From contig NC_086108.1 in NCBI RefSeq assembly GCF_963921235.1, forward strand, positions 77,998,001 through 78,062,000: a stretch of 64,000 nt of DNA, in the 5' to 3' direction. Both the position numbers and the translations under genes were made by a program. Origin of the DNA: Mobula hypostoma (lineage: Eukaryota). Numbering within the stretch: the first letter of the stretch is position 1; each line of letters starts with the position of its first letter. A model generated the notes under the pieces. The model made no database searches. It saw only the letters and a list, made by a program, of their open reading frames with translations, and was not told the DNA's origin. Of the stretch, positions 1-12,690 are shown piece by piece.

Positions 1-290
1 TCCTGTGTTCACTCTCCTCTCCTCTCAGATCCCTTCTTCTCCAGCCCTTTACCTATTTCACCTGTTACCTCCCTGCTTCTTCCTTCATTCCCCCTTCCCC
101 ACTCACCTGGCTTCACCTATCACCTTCCAGCCTGTACTCTTTCTCCTCCCCCCACCTTCTTACTCTGGCTTCTTCCCCCTTCCTTTTCAGTCCTGATGAA
201 GGGTCTCAGCCCAAAACACCAACTGCGTACATGATGATTGCTGAGTTTCTCCAGCATTTTGTAAGTGTGGGTGGGATTTCCACTTTTGTT
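1..290 (+). mobile_element. Penelope-like element pLTR fragment with degenerate hammerhead motif
   Basis: Pyrimidine-rich tract, then CAGTC-CTGATGA-AGGGTCTCAGCCC-AAAACACC-AACTG (188-225) and the family tail gctgagtttctccagcattttgt; same layout as 49945-50214. Confidence 0.7.
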
Positions 291-329
291 CAGAAGAACT
301 GACGGAAAGAATCACGGTGCCACATAAAC

Positions 330-583
330 TTATTTAGTGATACAGCATGGAATAGGCCCTTCCGGGACTTTAAGCTATGCTGCCCCAGCAATCCCACAGA
401 CCTGATCAACCCTAACCTAATTATGGCACAGTTTACAATGACCAATTGTCTTTGGACCCAGAGAAAACCCATGCTTTCTAGGGGGAAGACAGACAGAGAT
501 TCCTTACAGAACAGTGCCAGAATTGAACTCTGAACTCTGGAATGCCCCGAGTTGTAATAGTGTTGTGCTAACCACTAGGCTAC
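330..583 (-). mobile_element. tRNA-derived SINE (V-SINE/HE1-like)
   Basis: Reverse strand begins GGTAGCCTAGTGGTTAGCAC (A-box-like) and ends in an AAATAA-type tail; resembles the copies at 19.3, 44.1 and 48.3 kb. Confidence 0.6.
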
Positions 584-812
584 CAAAACACCAACGCTTT
601 CATTCTAGCTGATCAGTGCATCGCTAACAAATCCACCCTGTAGTCAAGAAAAGCTCTCCCAGAAGGCTCCTGTGGCAATTTCAGAATAGCATGTAGCATA
701 CTATCCCCTTTTGACTTGCAGAAAGTTACTGCTATGATTAGTGCTCTAAGTTTCCTTGCCAGTCAAGGATTATTCTGTTTGGGTAGACTCAACTAAGCAG
801 CGTGAACATTGG

Positions 813-1044
813 ATTTAAAAACGCAAACATGAGAAAATCTGCAGATGCTGGAAATTCAAGCAACACACACAAAATGCCGGTGGAACGCAGCAGGCCAGGC
901 AGCATCTATAGGAAGAAGTACAGGAAACGTCAACTGTACTTCTTCCTATAGATGCTGCCTGGCCTGCTGCGTTCCACCAGCATTTTGTGTGTGTTGCTTG
1001 AATTTCCAGCATCTGCAGATTTTCCCGTGTTTGCGTTTTTAAAT
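813..1044. repeat. Fold-back palindrome of two Penelope pLTR ends (111-bp arms, 10-nt loop)
   Basis: 813-923 is the reverse complement of 934-1044 with 3 mismatches; loop GAAACGTCAA is a hammerhead remnant. Confidence 0.9.
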
Positions 1045-2349
1045 TCACTACTGCGAAGCATCTTCCAGTGATGCCTACACTGAAGAAGTTTAAATCTTCT
1101 CTTCGACGGGAGTTTAGTGAAACCCTCTCTGACTGCTCCCCATCTGTAACTTCTTCGGCCCTTCAGCTTTCTGACCATGAACACCAGATGTCCAGTTTCA
1201 AATAACCTGCACACTCTCTGTCTCCTGCAAATCCAGCTAGGTCCTTTTGCACACCTCCTTCTCTCCACCCCCCCCCCCCAACCCTACCTCCATTACACAG
1301 TTTCTTTCCTCTGTGCATTAGATAACTTAAAAGTTGGTGTGCAGCCACGGAAGCAGGGCACACGGGCTTACTACACAAATTGTTTTCTATTGTAGTTGTT
1401 AAGCTGTTCCACACAAAGAAACATATTGTATTGAATTAAAGGTAATGAATCACTGAAGGTAATGTCCTCTCAATTTTTGGAAATGTATGCATAAGGTAAG
1501 AAATATAGACAAAGGATGTTACTGGTGAAAGGGTTCCTACAGCTAGTCCCCAAAGAAAGCAAAACAAACTCAGTAGATCAGCAGCATGTTTGGAGGCAGA
1601 GGGATAGTCAACACTTTGACTGAAGACCATGCATCAGACTGTCAACCATCCCTCTGCCTTCATAGATGGTATCTTACTTGCTGAGGTCCCTCGTGATTTG
1701 AGATGCTTCTTGACAGACTACAAAACTGAGCAGCACCATCCAGCCCAACAGGTCCACATTGGCTACAGGCAGCGCGATTCCATTTCCACTCTCACGTCCC
1801 CTTCAGCTCCTGTCCTGATCCTTAGCCACTTACCCACACTCTGAGGCACCATACAATTGGAGTGCATGCTGTAAAACCATATTGTCTCAGGGAGAGCATG
1901 CAAATTCCACACAGAGAGCACCAACCACTACATCATCAAGACATCCGAATTTAAAATCACGAAAGACATAACGAAAACGATATACTGTTTCATACATTAT
2001 TTTTAGGGGAAACAGTGGAGGTACATAGAACAGAACAGCACTGTGCTGGAACAGTCTCCTTAGACCACTATATCTGTGCATACCATGATGCCATTCTAAC
2101 TACTTGCTCATTGTCTATCGCCCACTATTCCCTACTTATTTATATGACTGTTTAAATGCCTTCTTAAATATTGCTCTCACACCTGTTTCTAGCACGTCCT
2201 CTAGCAACGTGCTCCAGGCATTTAGCACCCTCTGTAAAAATAAACTTGCGTACCAAATCCCCTTTAAGCTTTCCCTCCTTTCACCTTTAAGCTATGTCCT
2301 CTAGCATTTGTCGTTTATACCCCTATCTCAGCCTCTGGTAATTTTATAC

Positions 2350-3201
2350 ACTGTATCAGGTCGCTCCTCAGCCTCCGCCGCCGTAAGAGTTTAGATAGCC
2401 GCTGGATAACGAAGTGGAAGCAACGGATTTATAGAGGTGGGGGAGAAAGGGCGGAACTAAGACTGATCTCATATCGAGCCAGTACGAACAAGATGGATCG
2501 AATGTACACTTTGTATCGGTCCTCTGATTCCTTGCTGTAGTCATCACTGTTTGAAATCCCTTCATAACGGGTCAGATGTGATTGATACTGAGGCGGCCTG
2601 CGGTAGAAGATACACGGCTACATTTGATTTCTAAGAAATGTCAGGGATCTCCTTTCGTTTTCGCTCTGCGATCCGTGCACCGACGATTCGCCCATCACGT
2701 AAACGTGAAAGTGTGGTACTTACGTGAAAGTGTGTGATGCTCAAATGAGGTGAGAAGGAGGTGGGTGGCACCACTACAAATAAAATGTGAGGCTTTGTGG
2801 ACGGAGGAGGAGTCAGAGAGAGCCGAGTGGATTTCAGTAGGTCATTTCATTAGAGAGAGGCTGACGCAACTAACAGGACCAAATCCGTCCGGAAGATCAC
2901 CACCGTAAAACAAAGCAAATTATTGTATGTGTTACATCTGTAGAAGGTTACTGATCTGCTTGCATAGAGAAAGGTAAGAGTCTATCTGCGGTTCCACGTC
3001 GTTTATATTATGAAGATTCATTGTGTAGTGTCACTCTCTCTCATGCTGGCATGCTTCAGAATGTGGGGAACGGTTTTTTTTCTTCTTCTGTGTTTCTTTG
3101 TGTTTTTTTTTAACTGCAGCGATCGACGTGTTCCACAAAACCGAACTGGACTAGGTTTGCTGTGGGACGTGGTCAATGGGTGCCGCGGAGGGTTTAAGTT
3201 T

Positions 3202-3270
<69 letters not shown>

Positions 3271-3900
3271 TGTGCGCGCGCGTGCCCGCGCCCCTGAACG
3301 CGCACAGTGTTGACTGATAAAACTTGCTCTCCAGGGAAGGAGCCTGGATCATTGCAAAGTGATATTGACTGGAACACGTGGCAGATCCTGCAGTCAAGGG
3401 ACCGAAACGTCACAATAACGAGCTAAATAAACCAAAAAAAAGTCACAATTAATTTGTAAATGCAGCGTGGGCAAAAGTAATATTTCAGCGGCGTGTTCCC
3501 GCTGATTAGTGCAACATCAAATCCCGCAGCCGCTGTACGAGATAGCGTGTTGTCAATGCAGAATATATCTTCTTCCATTCGTACATGTCCCGCATAACAA
3601 AATACTGGTACCTTCCTTTTAGTAGCCGATCACGTTTGAATAATTGCCGCATTTACGCAGACTAATCTTGCTTTTCCTTCTTTCGATCTCTCTCCCTCCC
3701 TGTTTTCGTTTCTAATATTAATTGTCAATCGCGGTTTTTTGTAAAGACGGCGAAATGAAGCGTACTTATAAAAGATAAATTTCCCTAGAGGATTCAAGAA
3801 AAAGGTTTCCTACCGGTTGAAGGGGGAAAATTCATGTTACAATTCGGAACTGAATGCAGAAATGGATGGAAATACAAGCGTACGTATGCAGGTTAGGTGT
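2350..3900 (+). promoter_or_regulatory. CpG-rich promoter-like region with candidate 5' exons of an unidentified host gene
   Basis: Marked CpG enrichment in non-repeat sequence; donor AAG|GTAAGA at 2973/2974; pyrimidine-rich acceptor ending AG at 3746; donor CAG|GTTAGG at 3891/3892. Confidence 0.55.
3206..3284. repeat. (GT)31 microsatellite followed by a short (GC)n run
   Basis: Read directly: GT repeat 3206-3267, then TTGTGTGCGCGCGCGTG. Confidence 0.95.
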
Positions 3901-5187
3901 TTTCACCTGTTAGAAAAATGCAAGGCATTTTTAAACAGGAAGGGGAAGGCAATATTTTAGATGAAAGGTGCTTCAAAAGAAAGTGTCTTGTGTCCAATTA
4001 GCCTCGTCTTTTCTCTTTGGAGATGTCAACAAATCTGTTGTGCATTTTCAACATTTTCTCCGTTCCCAGACTGGAAACCTGGCAGTGTCTGCTACACGAA
4101 TGTTTAGCTGTCTGGGGGAATATCCGCAGTAGATTTCAGTATTTGTGAGGGATTTGTGGGAGCTCTTCACAATCCCAGAAGGATCAAGGCAGAATGAAAG
4201 ACTGGACAACAGTACCCATTTTTCATAAATACCATAGAGGATATGGTGCCAGAAGATCTGAGGAATTTATTTTCACAAGGCTGGTGACCACGGTCTGGAA
4301 TGCAGTCAGTTGAAACGGTGTCAATTGCCATTTTCATAAAGGATCTGATTAGAAATGGGAATGAAAAAAAATCTTGCAATGCTGTAAGGCTGGGAAAGGA
4401 AATGTCAGAATTGCTGCTACATAGAGAGAGAAGTGGAGGCACAATGGGCCAAATGGCATTCTTCTGTGCTATAATGGTTCTGTGACTCAATGCTTGTGTC
4501 ATGCAAGCAACCCCTAGCATGAGGTTTTTTTTGCACATTTTCAGAAAGCCTTGAGGGATTCGGCAGTTAGTCACTCAGGGTGAAGAAATCTGAAGCTAAA
4601 TGCAAGGAGTGGGAAGATTTTCTCCTTGAAGAACATTCATAAATCTCCACAATCCAGCAGTTTCCATAATGATTTCTTGGCAGCTTGCATGAAAACAAAT
4701 TTAGTTTTTTGCAAGTTGCCACACTGGGCTTGTAAATCCTCAGGTTAACATCTTCATAATATTCCAGCACCTATTCTATTCACCAGTACGATTATCATTT
4801 TATATTTTGATGTCTGGAGTCAATTTTTAAATGATGATTTGGGTGATCAATGACGGTAATATAGCACCCAGAGGATTTCTATGTTGACAGACAGCAGCAC
4901 TTGATAAGTTTTCCCAGTAACCAACTGTTTTGAAATATTCAACTGCTGATTGGAGCTGGATGGCAGAACTGGCCCAGAGTTTTATTTTGGTCGGAATCTC
5001 TGGGACTGAAGTATGCAGACCTGAAATGGAACTGACTGAATGTGGGTAATGTGAGAGATTACCTTTGCAACAAGATAACAACTTCAGAAAATGTATTGCA
5101 GCAAAGAATTTGAAGCTTTCTGTTACAAAATAAGTAGAACATGATGTTAATAACTTTGGGGTGAAAAGCCACAACATCTAGTTTTAG

Positions 5188-5579
5188 CAACACACGCACA
5201 AAATGTTGGAATAACTCATCAGGCCAGACAGCATCTATGGAAAAGAGTAAACAGTCGACGTTTCGGCCTGAGACCCTTCATCAGGACTGGAGAAAAAAGA
5301 GATGAGAAGTCAGAGGAAGAAGATGGGGGGGGGGAGGTAGTAGTGATAGGTGAAACCTGGAAGGGGGAAGGGGTGAATTAAAGACCTGGGAAGTGGATTG
5401 GTGAAAGAGATAAAGGGATAGAGAAGTGGGAATCTGATAAGGGAGGACAGAAGCCAATGGAAGAAAAGGAAGGGGGAGGAGCACCGGAGGGAGGTGATGA
5501 GCAGGTAAGGAGATGAGGGTGAGAGAGGGGTATGGGGAATGGTGAAGATGGGGGGGGGGTTATTACCAGAATGTTTGAG
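5188..5579 (-). mobile_element. Penelope-like pLTR copy
   Basis: Family tail, hammerhead motif and purine-rich tract; flanked by the near-direct repeat ATCTAGTTTTAG (5176-5187) / ATTTAGTTTTAG (5580-5591). Confidence 0.75.
5252..5289 (-). ncRNA. Minimal type I hammerhead ribozyme motif, core intact
   Basis: Minus strand reads CAGUC-CUGAUGA-AGGGUCUCAGGCC-GAAAC-GUC-GACUG: stem I CAGUC/GACUG, conserved CUGANGA and GAAA boxes, GUC cleavage triplet. Confidence 0.75.
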
Positions 5580-6644
5580 ATTTAGTTTTAGTTAATTTAA
5601 GAATTGTTATTGCATGGCCCCATTTTGCCTGATTTAACAATTAACTTCATCATCTTTGTCTATTTACATAAATATTTTTGCATATCTCTCTTTTTCAAGG
5701 TATTGATGCATTTTACATCTCCTGTTTTCCTGCATTGATCAAATATTGTCTATGTGGCTTTCTCATTTCTTGTCTGTTGCATATAACCAGATGCACTCAG
5801 CCTTTCTGAACATACACAAATTAAGAACTCCATTACTAAGATGACATCAAGCCCCCACACTAACACATTCTGAGATTGGGATTTATTTCAAAACCAAGCT
5901 ATTTTTGCACTATGAAGTAACCGATGTTCAACTAGGGTGAAAGAGGTTTCTAGACATGTTTAAATGGCCACTTTGATCAACAGCAGTATCTGTAAGAACT
6001 TGCATGAATTCCAGAAATCTTGCCTTCTCTGACTAATGACTGTACTAAGAAAATATCTTTCATTATGGATGAGCAACTTTCCCAGTATGAGGTAGGCCTG
6101 AAGCATTTTGCGATGAAGCACTTGGAAGTGTAGTTATTGATGGAAGTAAATACTAGAATCAATCTTACAAAAAGAAATAATGGAAGTCAGAACAACTGGT
6201 TTCTTTTGATGGTTAAGGTTGAGGGATGACACCAGCAATAAGATACCCAATATACGTGCACCTTTAATACCTGAGACTTTATGGCAGACGTGGGATTTTA
6301 AGGAATATATTTGTGAGTTTTGGAAAGTTAATTTCAAAGCCTATATGTGACTTGGCACGACTGCTGAGGTGAAGGGGTTATCTTAATGTTTCAGTTCATT
6401 GACTTTTAACTGGAAAAGCTGGTCATTGAGTTGAAATTTTAACTATGTTTCTCTCTTCACAGATTCTGTCTGACCTGCTGAGTACTTTCAATCTTTTCTG
6501 TTTATATTAGTTTCTCGAACTGGCCTTGAACAAATGACATTCTGATCAGAAGCAAAAGTCCTGTTGCTGAGTAAAAGCTGAGACTTGAAAACAAAATCTG
6601 TCTATATACTGATTTTGCTTGCAGACTTAACACTAAATGCATAT

Positions 6645-7080
6645 AAATAGACCATAAGACATGAGAGCAGAATTAGGACATTTGACTATGCTATTCAACC
6701 ATGGATGATTTACTTTCCCTATCAATTCAATTCTGCCTTCTTCCCGTAGCCTTGCGCACACTTGCTAATCATCCTCCTTTCAACCTCTGCCTTAAATATA
6801 CCCAATGACTTGGCCTCCACAGCTGTCTGAAGGAATGAATTCCACAAATTCACCACCTTCTGGCTAAAGGAATTCCCCTTGTCTCTGTTCTAAAGGGACA
6901 TCCTTCTCTTCTGAAGCTATGCCCTTTCGTCATAAACTTTACACTATTGGAAACATCCTCTCCATGTCCACCCTAGATTTCAATGAGATTCCCCCCCCCC
7001 ACCCCATTTTTCTAACTCCAGTGAGTACAGGCCGTCAAACGCTGCTCAGAAGTTAACCCATTCATTCTCAGGGTCTTTCT
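6645..7080 (-). mobile_element. CR1 LINE 3' fragment (old)
   Basis: Starts with a tail-like ATAGACCATAAGACAT and follows the reverse of the CR1 3' UTR/ORF2 end seen at 22456-23042. Confidence 0.6.
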
Positions 7081-8013
7081 CATGGTGATCAAGACTGACT
7101 ATTGAGTATTTTTTGAGCTGATCTTTGTTTCTCTTACCTGCAGTTTTCTTCTAATTACTGAGTGCCTGAAAGGATCTCATCCAAGTAGCCATTCTTCATA
7201 TGATTTTATGAGCTGTTTGACAGGCAGCAAGAGAGCAAGTGTTAGATGACAATATCACACTCCAAGACAATTTTTAAGGACTCTATTAATTCTTTTTTAC
7301 ACTGTAACCCTGAACTCCAACTGATTTTACTATTTCTGAAGCCCTTGATAAGTAATGGCCTGCTTCCTTAAACTACCCTGCACAAATGATGAGGTAACAT
7401 AAGCAGGCATTGATCAGTGACATTTGGCGTATGGAATATGAAGGTAGGGGACCTATAGCATAGAATATAAGATGAGGCAATATCTTGGACTGGGAGGCCA
7501 GTTTGAAATTGTGGAGGAAAATTAGATTTTGAGATGGGCTAAGGAATTCAATAGGCTTATCCTTTTCACTCCTACTACAACTCTTTTGTGGGTTGTCCCA
7601 TAATTTATTTCAGGGAACTTTCGCAATCAGTATGTTTCCTCAGTTTCTTCTTGGGATTGTTCTGGAAAATATCCAAAGTCCCATACGCCATTTATAAGGT
7701 CACTACAAAATTCGTGAGGAGGAATGACAAAGCAGGTGAAAGACCTCATAATGCTGAGGATTATGTGGACAGCCCTTCAAGATTTTTCAGATCATCAAAT
7801 CCTGGGATATCAGGAGGACAGATTTTACTCAGTCCCAGCCCTGCTCCCAGAATGTGCTCAGGAATCTTTGGGACCTTGTGTCCGGTTACAGCAAGTTTAA
7901 TGTTGAAAATTCAACAAGCAACTCAAAACTACAAGTTTTCAAACTGTCTGTTTAGTTTGGAGATGCATGGACGGACTGGTGGTTGACTTGATATAATGCA
8001 GTAAACAACAATA

Positions 8014-9212
8014 CAGGTGTCCCCCGCTTTTCGAACGTTCGCTTTACGAAGCCTCACTGTTACGAAAGACCTACATTAGTACCCTGTTTTCGCTTTCAGA
8101 AGGTGTTTTCACTGTTATGAAAAAAATCAGTGCGCGATAAAAGGCAGCGCACGCCCCAAGCAGCCGCTCTCCCCCGGATTCAGAATGGCATTCTCGCTGG
8201 CATTGCTTAAACACTTTGTATTGAGCAGCCATTAGCAAGATGAGTTCTGAGGTATTGGAAAAGCCTGAAAGAGCTCGTAAGGGTGTTACACAGCGTAAAA
8301 CTGACATAATTATGCGTTTTGATCGTGGTGAACGAAGTAAGGACAACGTGAGTTTGGCTTGTGGAAGCTGACGAAGATGATGTTGAAGAGGTTTTGGCAT
8401 CCCATGACCAAGAACTGATAGATGAAGAGCTGATGCAATTGGAAGAGGAAAGGATAACAATCGAAACCGAATGCAGTAGCGAAATGAACGTGAAGCATCT
8501 GCGTGAGATTTTCACTGCAATGATAAAGTACGACTTTAATTTTGAAAGGGTACATAGGTGTAGGGGATATTTGCAGGATGGTTTGAGTGCTTACAAAGAA
8601 CTGTATGATAGAAAAATGCGCGAGGCTCAGCAGTCAAGCAAGCCTTCCACATCAGCCACAGCAGACGACGAACCTCAACCTTTGACATCAAGGCGGGCAG
8701 TCATAGGAGAAGATGAGCCACCTGCTCTAATGGAAACAGACGACGATGAGATGACACCCCAGTGTCCCACCACCCCAACCCATGGGCCACGGACAGATAC
8801 CGATTCATGGAGAATGCAGCGGTAGCCGGGAGGCAACAGCACATCTTTAAGAAAAAAGCCGAAATAAACATGCTAATTAATTAGGTGCCGCCCGACATGT
8901 AATTGTCGGCCCAGATCAGAGACGATGCAATCGGCAATCGGCACCTAACAGTGCCGGCAATGATTGTGGAAAAGTATTTCTACTTTATATAGGCTGTGTA
9001 TTTATCATATTATTCCTGCTTTTACTATATGTTACTGTTATTTTAGGTTTTATGTGTTATTTGGCATGATTTGATAGGTTATTTTTGGGTCAGCGAACGC
9101 TCACAAAATTTTCCCATATAAATAAATGGTAATTGCTTCTTTGCTTTACAACATTTCGGCTTATGAACCGTTTCATAGGAATGTTCTACCTTTGGATGGC
9201 GGGGGAAACCTG
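8014..9212 (+). mobile_element. Internally deleted Tigger/pogo-like DNA transposon
   Basis: TA TSD (8012-13, 9213-14); TIRs CAGGTGTCCCCCGC / GCGGGGGAAACCTG; remnants of the N-terminal HTH region (MSSEVLEKPERARKGV...FDRGERSKD) and acidic C-terminus (DVEEVLASHDQELIDEELMQLEEE); no DDE domain visible. Confidence 0.85.
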
Positions 9213-11063
9213 TACAAGGAATTGAATTTGTTGACAAGTGAGCACAAGTACTTACCCAGCCCATGACTGAAACAGCACTTACCCTCCCACAGCCCTCCAC
9301 CATCTCATATGTGTTTTATTTTGTGTGTGAAACATTGAAATATCACAAGAATTAGATAAATGTAACAGCTTAATGCATTTTACTGGTTTGGAGCATATTA
9401 TACTAAGATAATTGGTAGTCTAATAAAATGTCTCTTTTGACCACTATGCATTTGAAGTGAATTTGGCCAAAATAGATTGCTTCTGACCACTTGTGGTTAT
9501 GAACACGTCAATATCAAAAGTGATAATAACTTTTATTTAAATAGCACCTTTAAAAATAAATAGTTCTGAGGTGCTTCTGATAAATAATAGTTCTAGAAGG
9601 ATATCTAAGAGCATATTACGATACTAATTTAGGAAATTGATGCCTTTTAGAAAGCAACATCACAGAGCTGGGAAGGGGTGAAAAGAACTTTATTCTATAT
9701 ATAATCTGTGCCATCCCCAACATTGGAACATAGAGTACATTCTCTTGGGTGCTGCTGATCCATATTTTCAAATACTGGATTCGAAATCTGGAATTAACAT
9801 GCTGACTCTAAGGTTTTTCTCTTGATACTGTGTTTGCACAATTTTCTGAAATAAGCTCCTGATACTTAAAACTCTGCAACACACAGTTAACCCTTTATTA
9901 TACTTGGCTGGAAGATTACTCATCTTAAATTCAAAATCTATGTTAAGTTTGAGCTTTCTCATCATGGTGTTATGGCTGTTGAGATCAGGACAGGAAGGGA
10001 ATTAATGGAGATATCAGAGATCTATGGTGTTACAGCATGTTACCAAATCCGTTTTTGAAAGGAAGCCTTTCTGTTTTGCAACACCAAATTTGGGAATTAC
10101 ATGGCAAATTTTGTCCAATTTCCATACGATAACCAATCATAAATTGTCTCTTCTTTGATCTTGTGCATATTGTTTATAGGCAGCTTGTTTTAAGGCATCA
10201 GGGAAGTATTCTCTTACAAAATTTTATTCACTCTGTCGACATTTATGAATCAGACTTCATTTCCTTGTGGACAAAGGCACAAGGGGCTGCAGATGCTGGC
10301 TCAGTGGGTCATGCAGCATCTGTGAAGGCAAATGGTTCTGAAAAGGTTTCATTTTGCCCACTTCCTTAAACCTCTCTATTTCTGAGTGTAAGCAGAAATA
10401 TCCCAATGGTACTGTAAAATGCTGAAGCCACATTACCACAGGAAGTACTGAGCTATTTCAGTGGAAAGGAAGACCAATTTGATATTGCAGCTGAGGTGGA
10501 AGAAGAAGACTGAGGAGTTCAGCAGTTAAATGCCGAGCCTGAATTGACAGGTCTCCCTTCAAGCATCAACTACAAGAGCTTTTTCACAATGGAACATCAC
10601 TCGCCCCAACACCCCTGAAACCCCACATCTTCATAAAGTGGTTGCATCTGAGAAATCTCAATTACCCAGGATACATCTGTGGCCACCATTTTGGAAATAG
10701 GAGATAGGAAGGGAGAGAGCAAGACAAGGAGTAGAAAAATTCTTGTATCAAACAAGAAGGCCTTTATAACATGAATTTTCTCACATGTTCTACTCAGACC
10801 ACTGGGTCACGGAAGATAATTCTGTTTATGGGGTTTAACATTGTTAGTGTACACGTTCAGAAGATAATCATCGACTGGCCAGAGAGATGATTACAGCAGA
10901 ATGTTATGATTGTTTGGGTGGAGGAATTACTGGCTGAGATGTTGTACTTCCTTCCATTAGTCAGAAGTGGAAAAGTGAGATATCATCGCAGTGTAAGTAC
11001 ACTGCCTAGGAGGTACCTTATTGATTGTCTCATTCTCCTAATATTGAAATTTGATGAGAAGTC

Positions 11064-12690
11064 TGAATCAGATTTGGAATCGGGTTTAATATCACTGGCA
11101 TATGTCAGCAAATTTTGTTATTTTGCGGCAGTACATTGCAAAACCTAATTTAAAAAACTATAAATTACAATAAGATATATTTAAAGGAGTAGTTCAGACA
11201 GCAAAGAGAAAAGAGATTTGTTATCCATTCAGGAATTTGATGGTGGAGGGGAAGAAGCTGTTTCTGAAATGTTGATTATGTGTCTGCAGACTGCTGTGCC
11301 TCCTCCTCAATGGCAGCAATGAGAAGAGGGCACATCCTGGGTGATGGGGGTCCTTAATGATGGATGCCACCTTTTTCAGGCATTGCCTTTTAAAGGTGTC
11401 CTCAATGCTGTAGATACTAGTGCTTATAATGGAGCTGGCTGACTTTATAAATTTCTATGGCTTTTCATAAATCTTTCCAATGTCCTCTCTGAGCCAAACC
11501 AGACGCTGATGTAACCTGTTAGAATGCTCTTCACAGTACAATTGTAGATATTTGCTTGAGTCTGCGGTGACATACCAAGTCTCCTCACTCCTAATGAAAT
11601 ATAGACACTGTTGGGCCTTCTTTTTAATTGCATCAATATGTTGGGCCAAGGATAGATCTTCAGAGATGTTGACTCCTAAGAACTTGAACCTGCTCATCTT
11701 TTCCACTTCCGATCCCTTGATGAGGACTGGAGGGTGTTCCCTCAACCCCCTTCCTGAAGTCCACAATAATTTCCTTGGTTTTACTGATATTGAGTGTAAA
11801 GTTATTGTTGTGACACCACTCAAAGTTCAAAATAAATTTATTATCAAAGTACATGTATGTCACCGTATACAACCCTGAGATTGGATCATTTGATCTTCTG
11901 ATCTGTCTCACTCCTGTATACTTCCTCGTCACTCCATCTGAAACTCTGCCAACAATGGAGAGTTTAGAGATGGTGTTTGAGCTGTGCCTAGCCACACAGT
12001 CGCGGGTAAAACGGTGGGCTAAGCATGCACCCTTGAGGTGCGTCATTGTTGAACCTCAGCAAGGAGGGGATGTTTCCAATCCGCACCAGCTGTGGTCTCC
12101 TGATGAGGAAGTCAAGGATCCAGTTGTAGAGGGATGTGCAGAAGCCCAAGTTTTGAAGCTTGTTAATTAGAACTGAGAGTATTATTGTTTTGAATGTTGA
12201 CTGTAATCAATAAACAGCAGCCTGATGTAGGTATTGCTATTGTCCATGTGATCCAAAGCTGAGTGGAGAGCCAGTGAGATTGCATCCACCATTGATCCAT
12301 TGTGACGATATGCCAGCTGCAGCAATTCCTTGCCCTTGATTCTGACCATGACAGACTTCTCAAAGCACAATCACAGTAGATGTGAGAACAACTGGGAGAT
12401 TACTGTTGAGGCAGCTCACCCTGCGGTTCTTGGGCATTGGTATGAGTAGTTTCATTCTCCCTTTCAAAGTGTGCATAAAAGGTGTTAAAGTCATCTGGGA
12501 GTGAAGCATCACAACTATTCACAATTCAGATTCGCCTTGTAAGAAGTAATGGCCTGCAAACCCTGGCAGAGCTGACGTGCATCCGATTCCATCTCTAACT
12601 TCAATTGTTTCTTCATTCTTAAAATAGCCGTTTGTAGGTCATAATTGGGCCTGTTGTATAGTCTTGATAGATGAGAAACTGCAGTCATAG
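11064..12690 (-). mobile_element. Rex1/Babar-type LINE, degenerate RT-to-3' portion
   Basis: Fragments YIRLLFIDYS, LNISKTKEIIVDFRK, FKFLGVNISEDLS and KKAQQCLYFIR across frameshifts. Confidence 0.8.

Noticed and set aside
3010..3413. ORFs with CV/HT repeats
   Set aside because: Microsatellite translation artefacts.
10163..10520. Short ORFs with splice-like flanks (also 24441-24702)
   Set aside because: No recognisable protein similarity and weak or inconsistent splice sites.
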